NCBI GenBank assembly: GCA_052034865.1
Contig: JBPOIC010000018.1
Span: 23,394 to 87,393, forward strand
Source: Myxococcota bacterium
GTDB lineage: Bacteria > UBA10199 > JADFYH01
DNA: 64,000 bases
Reading direction: 5' to 3'
The stretch's first letter is position 1. Every line of letters begins with the position of its first letter. Below, one piece after another: positions 1 through 9,949 of the stretch. The notes under the pieces are model-generated. The model was not told the DNA's origin. It ran no database searches and was given only the letters and a program-made list of their open reading frames with translations. Position numbers and translations under genes: made by a program.

Positions 1-358
1 AGCAGGCTTTGATGAGCGCCGCTCCTCCTCCATGATGAACAACACTTTTGGAAGGGCAACCCATATTGATGTCGAGCCCATCGAAACCGAGCTCGGCGAT
101 GATCGGCACACACTGCGCAAAGGCCTCGGGCTCATGGCCGTAAATCTGGGCAATCATCGGACGCTCTGGAGAATAGAATCTTAAATCACTGAGCAGGGCA
201 GGGATTTTGCGCGAAAGGCCTTCGGCACTGACGAACTCGGTGAACATTACATCAGGTGGCCCATGACGCCAGACCATGGTGCGATACACACAGTCGGTGA
301 TACCATCCATCGGTGCCAGGCCAAAAATCGGTTTGGGAAGGGTTTGCCAGGAAAACAT
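1..358 (-). CDS. tRNA-dihydrouridine synthase (Dus family), partial; ATG at 358, runs off the window start
   Basis: Reverse-strand translation MFSWQTLPKPIFGLAPMDGITDCVYRTMV...EFVSAEGL...DINMGCP matches the Dus N-terminal FMN-binding signature (LAPMDG.TD, DxNxGCP). Absent from the ORF track because no stop falls inside the window. Confidence 0.6.
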   Translation of the reverse strand, partial: MFSWQTLPKPIFGLAPMDGITDCVYRTMVWRHGPPDVMFTEFVSAEGLSRKIPALLSDLRFYSPERPMIAQIYGHEPEAFAQCVPIIAELGFDGLDINMGCPSKSVVHHGGGAALIKAC

Positions 359-592
359 GACAAAGGCTTAGCGTGGGTGAAGAAAAATGGGAAGGGGGAG
401 AGTTAGAGGACAGAATTCAGGAGACAGTAGAAACCAGAAGAATAACCTTAATCCACTTTCTCGGCAGGACCATCCCGCCCTGACGGGCACCCCTCCATGG
501 AGGGGAATAAAAACAATCTGAATATAGAATACAGAATGCAGGAGAAAATCTGTGATCTCAATCTTTACTAGGGGCGTCCGCCGCAGGCGGAT

Positions 593-1963
593 TCATCCTC
601 CTACGACCACGGTCTTGATATTCACAAATTCCCGAATACCAAAATGAGAAAGTTCCCGACCATAACCCGAGGCCTTGATCCCTCCAAAGGGAAGACGCGG
701 ATCAGATCGAACCTGCTGGTTTACAAAACACGAACCGGCCTCCAGACGATGCGCGGCGATCGATTCTCCTTTTGATAGATCGCGGGTAAACACAGTCGCC
801 CCAAGCCCAAACGGGGTATCATTGGCGACTCGAATGGCTTGCTCTTCATCTGAGACTGGAATGATGGCCGCAACAGGGCCAAAGGTTTCTTCATCATAAA
901 CTGCCATTCCGGGTTTGACATCGGATAGCAAAGTGGCGGGATAAAAGGCGCCGCGACACTCCGGCAGTTGCCCACCTTTCAGACACACGGCTCCTTTTGA
1001 AATACTCTGAGCAACCTGACGATGCAGGGCATCGCGCAAGTCGATGCGCGCCAAAGGTCCCAGGGTTGTTTGAGTATCCAGAGGATCTCCCATACGCAAA
1101 CCCTGAAGGGCCTGAAGCATTTTATCCTCAAACAATTTCTTCAAAGACTCAACGATGATAAAACGCTTTGCAGCGATACAGCTTTGTCCGGTATTTCCAA
1201 AACGCGCGGCCATTGCCACCTGAACAGCGCTGTCCAGATCGGCATCTTCCAGAATGATAAAAGGATCGGATCCTCCCAATTCCAAAACCACTTTCTTGAG
1301 TGCCTGTCCGGCCTGAGCGGCGACCGTCCGTCCGACCTCGGTGCTGCCAGTTAAAGTAATAGCCTGAATAAAAGGATGAGTAATGAGAGGAGCTACGTGC
1401 TTGGCAGGAATCAACAGGCTGAGAAAAAGATTTTCCGGAAATCCTGCATCTTTAAAAATCTGCTCAATTGCCAGCGAACAGCCTGAAACATTGGAGGCAT
1501 GTTTTAAAAGGACGGAGTTTCCCGCCAGGAGAGCAGGAGCCGCAAAACGGATGACCTGCCAGAACGGATAGTTCCAGGGCATGAGGGCGAGCAGGGGACC
1601 TAAGGGCTCAAACGAAATATAGCTTTTAAAAGCGTCTGTCGCGATTTGCTCAGGAGTTAAAAAACGAGGCCCGTGTTCTGCATAGAAGCGGCAGTTAAGC
1701 GCGCATTTCTCGATCTCGCCGATGCCCTGTGCCAGGGGTTTTCCCATCTCTTTGGCAATCAGTCTTGCGAGAGATTCTTTGCGGGTCTCTAAAAGATCGG
1801 CTGCTTTTATCAGAAGCGTTGATCGTTCGGGAAAAGACCTGCGCTTCCAGAGCTCATACGCTTCTTTGCTTTTGATCAGCTTGTCTTGAATCTGCTCGGG
1901 TGTATGTTCGGCGTAAGTCGCCAGGATTTCTTCGGTGGAAGGATTGATGGATTTTAGAAACAT
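593..1963 (-). CDS. NAD(P)-dependent aldehyde dehydrogenase (succinate-semialdehyde dehydrogenase-like)
   Basis: 456 aa. ALDH motifs ELGGSDP (catalytic Glu) and GQSCIAAKR (catalytic Cys). Length matches short GabD/Sad-type enzymes. Confidence 0.85.
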   Translation of the reverse strand: MFLKSINPSTEEILATYAEHTPEQIQDKLIKSKEAYELWKRRSFPERSTLLIKAADLLETRKESLARLIAKEMGKPLAQGIGEIEKCALNCRFYAEHGPRFLTPEQIATDAFKSYISFEPLGPLLALMPWNYPFWQVIRFAAPALLAGNSVLLKHASNVSGCSLAIEQIFKDAGFPENLFLSLLIPAKHVAPLITHPFIQAITLTGSTEVGRTVAAQAGQALKKVVLELGGSDPFIILEDADLDSAVQVAMAARFGNTGQSCIAAKRFIIVESLKKLFEDKMLQALQGLRMGDPLDTQTTLGPLARIDLRDALHRQVAQSISKGAVCLKGGQLPECRGAFYPATLLSDVKPGMAVYDEETFGPVAAIIPVSDEEQAIRVANDTPFGLGATVFTRDLSKGESIAAHRLEAGSCFVNQQVRSDPRLPFGGIKASGYGRELSHFGIREFVNIKTVVVGG

Positions 1964-2037
1964 AAGATTTTTTTATTACGGGGAGGAGAAAAATAACAAG
2001 GAGGCGTTTATATTCTCACAATCCAAAGCATTTTCAT

Positions 2038-2901
2038 TCAAACAGAAACTCCCACCGAGATCAAAAAGAGGATGCTGATCAGTCCGTTGGCGGTGAAAAA
2101 CGCCGCGTTAATTTGAGTCAGGTCGTTTGGCTTGACGCGCGTATGCTCGTAGAAAAAAAGTCCTCCCATCAGAAAAATCCCAGCAAAATATACTCCTCGT
2201 AAATGAGTCGCGATTCCGAAAAAGATCAATAACAGAATTGAAAGGACGTGCATGAGGCGCGCAAAGGCAAAAGCCTTGGGGATTCCCCATTTGACCACGA
2301 GGGAATGAAGTCCTTCTTTTTTGTCGAACTCGTAATCCTGAGTGGCATAGAGAATGTCAAAGCCTGCCACCCACAAAAGGACGGCGAGACCTAGTAGAAG
2401 AGGAGCGAGGTCCATGCGGTTCGTGATCGCAATCCACGCACCGATGGGCGCGATCCCTAAGGAAAGACCCAAAAAAATCTGGGCGAAGTGCGTGAAGCGC
2501 TTGGTATAGGAATAGAGAAAGAGAATGCTTAAGGCGAAGGGAGAAAGAATCATGCAGAGATTACCCAACCCGAAAGATACCAGAATAAATCCGATCGAGC
2601 TTACAAGGCACAGGCCGAGTGTGAAGCGCGAGGAAAGAATTTTTTTGGGAAGATGACGATCCTGGGTGCGGGGATTTTTTGCATCGATTTCTGCATCGGC
2701 CCAACGGTTAAAACTCATCGCAGCCGTGCGCGCGCAGACGACAGCGAGGATGATCAGGGTAACGGTTTTAAAATCGGGCAGTCCTCGTGCGGCAACCAGC
2801 ATCGATCCCAGTGCAAAGGGGAGGGCGAAAATGGAGTGAGAGAATTTGATCAGTTCGAGGGTGTGTTTGAGCTTTTGAAAGATCATATCAACTATTGCCA
2901 T
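2038..2901 (-). CDS. ubiA: UbiA-family aromatic prenyltransferase (4-hydroxybenzoate polyprenyltransferase / MqnP-like)
   Basis: 287 aa polytopic membrane protein with the Asp-rich motif NRWADAEIDAKNPRTQDR typical of UbiA. Overlaps the upstream ubiX by 14 nt, suggesting an operon. Confidence 0.85.
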   Translation of the reverse strand: MAIVDMIFQKLKHTLELIKFSHSIFALPFALGSMLVAARGLPDFKTVTLIILAVVCARTAAMSFNRWADAEIDAKNPRTQDRHLPKKILSSRFTLGLCLVSSIGFILVSFGLGNLCMILSPFALSILFLYSYTKRFTHFAQIFLGLSLGIAPIGAWIAITNRMDLAPLLLGLAVLLWVAGFDILYATQDYEFDKKEGLHSLVVKWGIPKAFAFARLMHVLSILLLIFFGIATHLRGVYFAGIFLMGGLFFYEHTRVKPNDLTQINAAFFTANGLISILFLISVGVSV

Positions 2902-3436
2902 AGCGAACAGATAAATGATGAGAAATACCCATTTGATCTAAAACCCGCGAGACGACAGTTCTCACCACCTCTGTTACTGTTTGCGGTTTTGAATAAAAAG
3001 AAGGGGTGGCAGGCAAGATCGTTGCACCGGCTAAAATCAGCTGACGCATGTTTTCGATGTGAATGAGATTATACGGGGTTTCGCGTGGAACAAGAATCAG
3101 TTTACGCTTTTCTTTAAGAAAGACATCGGCTGTCCGGCTGATCAAATCGTTGGAAATTCCGTGGGCGATTCTTCCGAGCATGCCCATGCTGCAGGGGATG
3201 ATTACCATTTGATCATATTGGGCAGAACCGCTGGCAAAAGGGGCGGTAAAATCCCGATTGAGAAAAACCTTAAAACCGCAATCCTTCAAATTCTCATTCA
3301 ACTCCTCGTGCCAGACGATTCTGGCATTGTCGCTGGCAATGATTGAGATCTCATGCCCAGACTGGTTAAGCGCCTGCAGGAGTTCTTTGGCATAGAGGGC
3401 GCCGGAGGCGCCGGTAATAGCTATGACGAGTTTCAT
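2888..3436 (-). CDS. ubiX: Flavin prenyltransferase UbiX/Pad1
   Basis: 182 aa. N-terminus MKLVIAITGASGALYAKELLQAL is the UbiX flavoprotein signature. Confidence 0.9.
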   Translation of the reverse strand: MKLVIAITGASGALYAKELLQALNQSGHEISIIASDNARIVWHEELNENLKDCGFKVFLNRDFTAPFASGSAQYDQMVIIPCSMGMLGRIAHGISNDLISRTADVFLKEKRKLILVPRETPYNLIHIENMRQLILAGATILPATPSFYSKPQTVTEVVRTVVSRVLDQMGISHHLSVRYGNS

Positions 3437-3445
3437 AGTTTCAAA

Positions 3446-4144
3446 CTAATCTTTCTTCCCCACAACAATTTCTGCAACTCCTCCGGTGAGGGGTTTGTGA
3501 TGCACGTCTACAAAACCTGTTTTTTGCATCAGTCTCGTGAATGTTTCCACACTGTGATATCCCTGAATGGACTGAAATAAATAGCCGTAGGCCTCCGGAT
3601 CTTTAGAAATCCAACCGCCGATTTTTGGAATAATCCATTTGCCATAAGTGGCATAAAAGAGGCGTGAGAACCAGGATTCGGGTTTGAAAAATTCGAGGAC
3701 AACCAAGGTTCCGCCGGGCTTTAAAACCTGATAAATTTCCTGAAGGCTTTTGAAATTATCCACGATGTTACGCATGCCAAAACCGCAAACTACTCCATCA
3801 AAAAAAGAATGGGAAAGCTGAAGATCCATCCCATCTCCCACTTTGAGCTGAACTTGGGCGCATTGCGCTGAAGGGATTTTGGGCTCACCTGCTCTAAGCA
3901 TGGCCTCCGAAAAATCGAGGGCCGTGATCTGGGCGCCTGGATTTTGCTTGAGCACTTCAAGCGTAAGATCTAGCGTGCCTGCACATAAATCGAGGATATG
4001 TGCGCTGGAATGCTGAGGCAGAGACTGTACGGCTTTTTTTCGCCAGCGTCGATCGGTCGATCCGCTGAGTGTGCGATTTAAAAGATCGTAGCGTGGTGCG
4101 ATCCGCGTAAACATTTCCTGAATGGTTTGGGCTTTTGAGTTCAT
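3446..4144 (-). CDS. ubiE: Demethylmenaquinone/ubiquinone C-methyltransferase UbiE/MenG
   Basis: 232 aa. N-terminal MFTRIAPRYDLLNRTLS and SAM-binding LDLCAGTLDL motif; class I methyltransferase. Confidence 0.9.
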   Translation of the reverse strand: MNSKAQTIQEMFTRIAPRYDLLNRTLSGSTDRRWRKKAVQSLPQHSSAHILDLCAGTLDLTLEVLKQNPGAQITALDFSEAMLRAGEPKIPSAQCAQVQLKVGDGMDLQLSHSFFDGVVCGFGMRNIVDNFKSLQEIYQVLKPGGTLVVLEFFKPESWFSRLFYATYGKWIIPKIGGWISKDPEAYGYLFQSIQGYHSVETFTRLMQKTGFVDVHHKPLTGGVAEIVVGKKD

Positions 4145-4152
4145 TGGGGTTT

Positions 4153-4497
4153 TTAAAAAATCAAAACAGCTCGAGCAGTTTTTTTGGGAATTTCTTCCAT
4201 AGGGATGTGACCTACATTTTCACAAATGGCAAGACGAGAGGTGACTATATTGCGATGAAATTTTTGGGAATCGGATTCATAAAACGGGGGTAGGGAAGTA
4301 AGCTTGGACTGGACTTCCTTGATTGCATCAGCGTGTTGGATCAGTTTCAGAAAGATTATGAGCAGAAAAGCTGCGATAAGAAGAATGAGTTTGTGTCTCT
4401 GTGGTCTGGATTGATAAAAGGAAATGAAGATCATAATTCTGCCTGATATGGAAATGGACGGAACATAATCCTGAGATTTTATTCCAATCAGGTGCAA
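4153..4497 (-). CDS. hypothetical small membrane protein (first gene of the ubi operon?)
   Basis: 114 aa ORF with one hydrophobic helix (LILLIAAFLLIIFLKLI), abutting ubiE on the same strand. Confidence 0.4.
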   Translation of the reverse strand: MHLIGIKSQDYVPSISISGRIMIFISFYQSRPQRHKLILLIAAFLLIIFLKLIQHADAIKEVQSKLTSLPPFYESDSQKFHRNIVTSRLAICENVGHIPMEEIPKKTARAVLIF

Positions 4498-4571
4498 CGA
4501 GACGATTTTTATTTCTTTACTCTAGCCACAAGTGATTTGAAAAAATCCATCGATCAAAAAAAGGAGTTTTT

Positions 4572-4922
4572 ATGGACCGTGAAGAGCTCAAAGAAATTTT
4601 ATACGAGGTATTTACCGAGTGGGACCGGCCGATTTCCGGCATTGCCGATAAATGGGAAGGGGGAAGCCTCGTTTTGAAACCAGGTCTTTCCAGCCTCCAG
4701 ACGAAGGAAATCCCGCTTGAAAGTTTTTTCCACAAGATCGTCATGGTGCGTGATCGGCTCCGTGTTTTGGAGCAAAAAATAAATGCCCATCCCAAACTCA
4801 CCGATGCCGAAAAAGTGGAAATGCAACAGTACATTACCCGCATTTATGGAAGTCTCACCACGTTTAATATCCTGTTTAAACGAGAAGAAGATCGTTTTAA
4901 AGGCGCGGGGACAGAAGGATGA
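4572..4922 (+). CDS. hypothetical protein
   Basis: 116 aa ORF preceded by a strong RBS (aaaaaggag, 6 nt spacer). No recognisable domain. Confidence 0.5.
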   Translation: MDREELKEILYEVFTEWDRPISGIADKWEGGSLVLKPGLSSLQTKEIPLESFFHKIVMVRDRLRVLEQKINAHPKLTDAEKVEMQQYITRIYGSLTTFNILFKREEDRFKGAGTEG

Positions 4923-4933
4923 GTTTGTTATAA

Positions 4934-5578
4934 ATAACAAGTATTAAAGAAGAGATCCAAACCGAAGCGCTTACCCGCAATCTGGCGGCTTTTCAGCGGT
5001 TTCTTTTGATCGCTGGCCAGAGTCATTGGCAGGTGATCGAGTTTGCCAATCTTTCCCGAGAATGTTCCGTGCCCTCCAGTACAGTAAAAGAATATTTTCA
5101 GATCCTCGAAGATACCTTGTTGGGTGAGTTTTTATGGCCTTACGATCGTAGCGAAAGAAAAATGGCCCGTCCAAAATTTTATTTTTTTGATTGCGGCGTG
5201 ATTCGCGCTTTGCAGAACCGACTGAACGATCCTCCCACTCCTTCAGAAAAAGGGATTCTGTTTGAAAGCTGGATGATTCGAGAGCTCATTCGAATTCGGG
5301 ATTATGAAGAAAAAGAACACGAGTTCGGCTTGTGGAGAAAAGGAAGATACGAAGTCGATCTGCTCATTTTAAAAAGTGGAAAACCAATTCTTGCTTTGGA
5401 GTTCAAATCTGGCAAGACGGATATCGATTCCTCGGCGTTCAATGCTTTTAAAGCAGAGTTTCCTAACGTGCCGCTATGGGTAGTTTCGATGACGGACGTC
5501 CGTTACCGCAAGTTGGAGTTGGGGGTTGAAATCCATCCATGGAAGAAAGTGGTCGAAGACTATCGAGCGCTGAAATAA
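4934..5578 (+). pseudogene. 3' remnant of an AAA+ ATPase (DUF4143 family); N-terminal ATPase domain missing
   Basis: Open frame from the stop at 4931-4933 through 5578 encodes ...IKEEIQTEALTRNLAAFQRFLLIAGQSHWQVIEF...PKFYFFDCG..., the C-terminal DUF4143 region of roughly 400-aa ATPases. There is no ATG (only TTG at 5006) and no upstream Walker A domain. Confidence 0.55.
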
Positions 5579-5590
5579 GTTTCAGATTTT

Positions 5591-7039
5591 CTACCTAATT
5601 CCCAAACGCTCCCACATCGCATCCACTTTCTTTTTGATTTCTGTATCCATTTCCAGATCTTCAGGCCATTCGCGCAAGTAACCTTCCTCTTTCCATTTCC
5701 GGGTGGCATCGATCCCCATTTTACTGCCAATGAACTGAATCGGTGATGCGTGATCCAGGTGATCGACGGGGCCGTCGACAAAAGTGATATCGCGCTTGGC
5801 ATCAATGTTATTGCTCACCCGCCAGACGATTTCGCGCACGTCGTGCACATTTACATCGTGATCGACCACAATAAAGCATTTGCAGAACATCATCTGCCCC
5901 ATTCCCCACAACGCGTGCATGATTTTTTGGGCATGGCCAGGGTAGCTTTTCTTAATGCTTAAAATGCATAAGTTATGAAAACAGGCCTCCGTCGGAAGAT
6001 TCATGTCGATGATCTCGGGGAACGTCATCTGAACCAGAGGTAAGAAAAGGCGTTCGGTGGCTTTTCCCAAATAGGCATCCTCCATCGGAGGAATGCCCAC
6101 GACGGTCGTAAGATAAATCGGATTTTTCCGATGGGTGATTTGCGTGATGTGAAATTTTGGAAATTTTTCGACAGGGGTGTAATAGCCCGTGTGATCGCCA
6201 AACGGACCTTCCTCTGCCAATTCTTCTTGAGGATCAATATACCCCTCCAAAATAAAATCCGCGCTTGCCGGTACCCTGAGATCATTTGTCAAACAGCGCA
6301 CCATCGGAACGGGAGTGCCTCGCAGATAGCCCGCGAATAAAAATTCATCCACCTGATCTGGCAGTGGTGCTGTCGCACAGTAGGTAAGGGTGGGATCTCC
6401 TCCAATCGCAACGGAGACGGGGATTTTTTCTTTGATTTCTTTATAGCGCTGATAATGGCGGGAACCCACTTTATGAATCTGCCAGTGCATGGCCGTGGTT
6501 TTGGAGTCGAGTACTTGCATTCGATAAAGTCCGACATTGCGAATGCCCGTGTCGGGATCGCGGGTAATGACCATCGGTAGCGTGATGAACCGGCCACCAT
6601 CTTTGGGCCAGCACTTTAAGATCGGAAGTTGGTTTAAATCGGGCTCGCTCATTCGCACTTCCTGACAGGGCGCATCGGTCACTTCTTTGGGAAGGGATCT
6701 GGCAACCTCCAGGAGTTTTGGAACCATCTTTAGCTTGTCCCAAAATGATTGAGGGGGGTGGGTTTTTAAAAGCTCGCGAAGACGTTTGGGGTGCTCTTCC
6801 ATGTCTTCAACGCCCAAGGCCCAGGACATACGCTGGTAAGATCCATAGAGATTGATCAGGACGGGAAAGGCTGAGCCCTTGACGTTTTCAAACAAGAGGG
6901 CAGGTCCATTTTGTTTGACGGCACGATCGGCGATTTCGGCGATTTCCAGCACGGGATCGATTTCTTCGCGGATGCGCACCAGCTGCTTTTTTTGCTCTAG
7001 AAATGAAATGAAATCCTGAAGTGAGGTTGTCATAACCAA
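5591..7039 (-). CDS. ubiD: UbiD-family (prenyl-FMN dependent) decarboxylase
   Basis: 482 aa. Conserved UbiD stretches ...GPALLFENVKGS...GDPT... Length typical of UbiD/MqnL. Confidence 0.9.
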   Translation of the reverse strand: MVMTTSLQDFISFLEQKKQLVRIREEIDPVLEIAEIADRAVKQNGPALLFENVKGSAFPVLINLYGSYQRMSWALGVEDMEEHPKRLRELLKTHPPQSFWDKLKMVPKLLEVARSLPKEVTDAPCQEVRMSEPDLNQLPILKCWPKDGGRFITLPMVITRDPDTGIRNVGLYRMQVLDSKTTAMHWQIHKVGSRHYQRYKEIKEKIPVSVAIGGDPTLTYCATAPLPDQVDEFLFAGYLRGTPVPMVRCLTNDLRVPASADFILEGYIDPQEELAEEGPFGDHTGYYTPVEKFPKFHITQITHRKNPIYLTTVVGIPPMEDAYLGKATERLFLPLVQMTFPEIIDMNLPTEACFHNLCILSIKKSYPGHAQKIMHALWGMGQMMFCKCFIVVDHDVNVHDVREIVWRVSNNIDAKRDITFVDGPVDHLDHASPIQFIGSKMGIDATRKWKEEGYLREWPEDLEMDTEIKKKVDAMWERLGIR

Positions 7040-7141
7040 TCGATTTACCCATCCTGCTCCAGGAGATCAACCGATTCCTTTTAAAACCAGGTCGGGAAGC
7101 AAATTGACTTTATAAGATCGATTCTATAGCGTTTTGAAACT

Positions 7142-7579
7142 ATGCTCACACACGATGAAAAACGACTGCAATCGGTCTTGCGGCTCTGGGGTCTTGTGTT
7201 TTCAATTGTTGGTATTGGCTTTGCCTTCGCCTCAGACTGGATCATTGGACTCATCAATCTTGTATCCATCAAATTAGCCCCTCAAAGTCCTTTGCTTCCT
7301 GTGACAGGAGAGCATTTCTGGCTTGCTCTAACCGTTTCGATGATGGCGACAATTTCGGCTCTTTGCTTTTATGCCCAACAGGATCCCCGCCGAAAAAAAG
7401 AAATGGTAGTGTGTTTGCTTGTTAGCAAGCTGACCTCGACTGTGTTTTTTCTTTTGTATTATTTTATTTACCTTCCCTCTTTTGGATTTCTGGTGGGAGC
7501 CCTTACGGATGGAAGTATTTTTATCGTAACCTTTCTTCTCTATAAAAGGGCGACTCGTAGCAGTCAGCTTTTGATGTAG
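7142..7579 (+). CDS. hypothetical integral membrane protein
   Basis: 145 aa with 4 predicted TM helices. Divergent from ubiD. Confidence 0.45.
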   Translation: MLTHDEKRLQSVLRLWGLVFSIVGIGFAFASDWIIGLINLVSIKLAPQSPLLPVTGEHFWLALTVSMMATISALCFYAQQDPRRKKEMVVCLLVSKLTSTVFFLLYYFIYLPSFGFLVGALTDGSIFIVTFLLYKRATRSSQLLM

Positions 7580-7648
7580 AGACAGAAAATTTAGCAGGCG
7601 TTTTACCTGAATCTCATCTTTCAATCCGTTCTATTTTACTGAATCGAT

Positions 7649-8680
7649 ATGCCCTCCCGCGCATCGACCTCAAAGCTTTCTTATCCTTTCAAGGACCGCG
7701 TTCTGGCAGTGATCGGAACTTCCGGATTTATTGGTCGCTCAGTTCTGGCTGCCTTAGAGAAGGACACTCGGGTCAAAAAACTCATCGTTATTGATCGTCT
7801 AAAACCTCCGTTCGAACTTAAGAAAGCGACCTATTATAAAGTCGATCTCACCGAGACCCTGGCCGATGCCCGCCTGTCCGAGATTTTCAAAAAAGAAGGA
7901 GTGCACACTGTTATCCACACGGCTTTTCCGACGACTCCTCCCCGCAATCAGAGTTTGGCGCACGAGATTGTCTCGATTGGGACCATGTACATCTGTAATG
8001 CCTGTGCAGATGCGAAAGTTAAAAAACTGGTGATGCTCTCCACGACGGATGTGTATGGGGCTTTTCCGGACAATCCAAATTATCTCACGGAATCTCATCC
8101 TAAGCGGGGGGGGCGGAATATTCGCTTTATTGCCGATAAGATCGATGCCGAAAACTCTGCCCAGAAACTTTTGCGCAAACATCCCGAGACGACGGTAACG
8201 ATTCTGCGTCCCTGTCATCTTCTAGGACCGACCATCCAAAGCTACAAAACCCGCTATCTGGCCCGTCCGGTGATTGTTACGATTTTGGGCTATGATCCTT
8301 TGGTTCAATTTGTTCACGAGTCGGATGTGATTCGGGCATTCATGCACGTGATCGAAAAGGACTACTCTGGGGTTTTCAATATCGTAGGGAAAGGGGTTCT
8401 GCCCTTAAGTCGTGTGATTCGCATTTTGGGAAGTTTTCCGCTTCCGCTTCCGGAAATGCTGGTAAAGCGTTTGGCGCAGATTCTCTGGTATGCGGACATG
8501 TCGCCCGCACCGGCAAGTTTTTTAAGTTTTTTAAAATATATGTCTGTGGCGGACGGAGAAAATTCCAAAAAGATTTTAGGCTTTGAACCACGCTATTCCA
8601 CCCGTGAAGCTCTACTGGCTTTTGTAGGCGCTCAGCGCCTGCGTGAAGTCGACCTGGAGACAGAAGAAAATCTGGTGTGA
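7649..8680 (+). CDS. NAD-dependent epimerase/dehydratase family protein (extended SDR)
   Basis: 343 aa. Rossmann motif VIGTSGFIGRSV at the N-terminus. Confidence 0.75.
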   Translation: MPSRASTSKLSYPFKDRVLAVIGTSGFIGRSVLAALEKDTRVKKLIVIDRLKPPFELKKATYYKVDLTETLADARLSEIFKKEGVHTVIHTAFPTTPPRNQSLAHEIVSIGTMYICNACADAKVKKLVMLSTTDVYGAFPDNPNYLTESHPKRGGRNIRFIADKIDAENSAQKLLRKHPETTVTILRPCHLLGPTIQSYKTRYLARPVIVTILGYDPLVQFVHESDVIRAFMHVIEKDYSGVFNIVGKGVLPLSRVIRILGSFPLPLPEMLVKRLAQILWYADMSPAPASFLSFLKYMSVADGENSKKILGFEPRYSTREALLAFVGAQRLREVDLETEENLV

Positions 8681-8731
8681 GTTTTTCTAAAGATCTGTTG
8701 GCGTTTCAGTTTACAAAAGGAGAACATCCTT

Positions 8732-9949
8732 ATGACAGCCTCCCGCCCTCCCTCACGTGGAAAAGCCCGACTACGTGTCGTTAAATCCTCTGCCTCCGAT
8801 TTAAAATCGGGGGAAAACAAAATCGTCAATTTTCCACAAACGCTTGAAGAAAGACTCGCCTTGCTCGAGCGCGAGTATCAGGAGTCCATCCAGGAGCTCA
8901 GGAAGCAAGTAGATCAACTCAAAATGGAAAGAAGGCAGTACAAGGGAGAGAAACGTCTCAAACGGGAGCTCACCAAAATTACAAAACTCCTTGAAAAAAA
9001 ATCGCCCCTTCAAAATGAAATTTTTCCGACAGGATCCATTTCTGAAAAAAGTCTTTCTGTTTCGACACCTCGAAAGGCTGAGCCTCTTAAAATTCTGACC
9101 CATTATTTTCACCGCCTGACTTCTCTAAAAACCTATAGACGCCTGATTTTTGGAGTGACGCGTCTGGATCGGGAGGATTTTGATGAGTTTGGCCGAGATC
9201 CGGCGTTTGAGAAAAAGGTCCAGCCCTTTTTTCAGTTTCTCTACGATCAGTATTGGCGCGTTTCGGTGGAGGGTCTTCATCATATTCCAAACACAGGTCC
9301 TGCCCTGATTGTTGCCAATCACTCCGGAACGTTGCCGTTTGATGGTTCCATGATCCGAATGGCGGTGACGAATGATCATCCTTCCCGTCGGGATGTTCGT
9401 TTTCTCGTGGAAGATTTTGTCTATTACCTGCCCTTTGTTGGAACCTTCATGTATCGCATCGGCGGTGTGCGTGCTTCACAGGAAAATGCTGAACGTCTTC
9501 TCAATCACGGTCATTTGGTGACTGTTTTTCCGGAAGGCGAAAAAGGAATCGGGAAACGCTATAGCCACCGCTATCACCTCCAGCGTTTTGGTCGTGGCGG
9601 TTTTATCAAACTGGCACTAAGAGCCGGTGTGCCGATCATTCCCTGCACGGTCATTGGTGCCGAAGAAACCCATCCACTTTTATATCGGACCCATTTTTTG
9701 GCAAAACCATTTGGAGTGCCCTACGTCCCGATCACCCCAACGCTTCCCTGGCTCGGACCCTTGGGTCTCATTGGACTTCCAGCCAAATGGTCGATCTGTT
9801 TTGGAAAACCCATCGATCTTTCGATTCATGGAAAATCGGCTTTGAATGATGAACTTCTCATTCATCGTTTAAGCGAAGATGTGCGGCAGACGATTCAGGA
9901 GATGATCCGGGAAGGGCTTAAAAAACGTCGCTCCATCTGGTTTGGATAA
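8732..9949 (+). CDS. lysophospholipid acyltransferase (PlsC/LPLAT family) with N-terminal coiled-coil extension
   Basis: 405 aa. HX4D motif NHSGTLPFDG and FPEGEKG block. Strong RBS (aaaaggag). Confidence 0.7.
   Translation: MTASRPPSRGKARLRVVKSSASDLKSGENKIVNFPQTLEERLALLEREYQESIQELRKQVDQLKMERRQYKGEKRLKRELTKITKLLEKKSPLQNEIFPTGSISEKSLSVSTPRKAEPLKILTHYFHRLTSLKTYRRLIFGVTRLDREDFDEFGRDPAFEKKVQPFFQFLYDQYWRVSVEGLHHIPNTGPALIVANHSGTLPFDGSMIRMAVTNDHPSRRDVRFLVEDFVYYLPFVGTFMYRIGGVRASQENAERLLNHGHLVTVFPEGEKGIGKRYSHRYHLQRFGRGGFIKLALRAGVPIIPCTVIGAEETHPLLYRTHFLAKPFGVPYVPITPTLPWLGPLGLIGLPAKWSICFGKPIDLSIHGKSALNDELLIHRLSEDVRQTIQEMIREGLKKRRSIWFG

Noticed and set aside
361-592. Palindrome cccctccatggagggg and nearby GC hairpin as terminators after the aldehyde dehydrogenase
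   Set aside because: No adjacent U-tract in the transcribed orientation of either strand.
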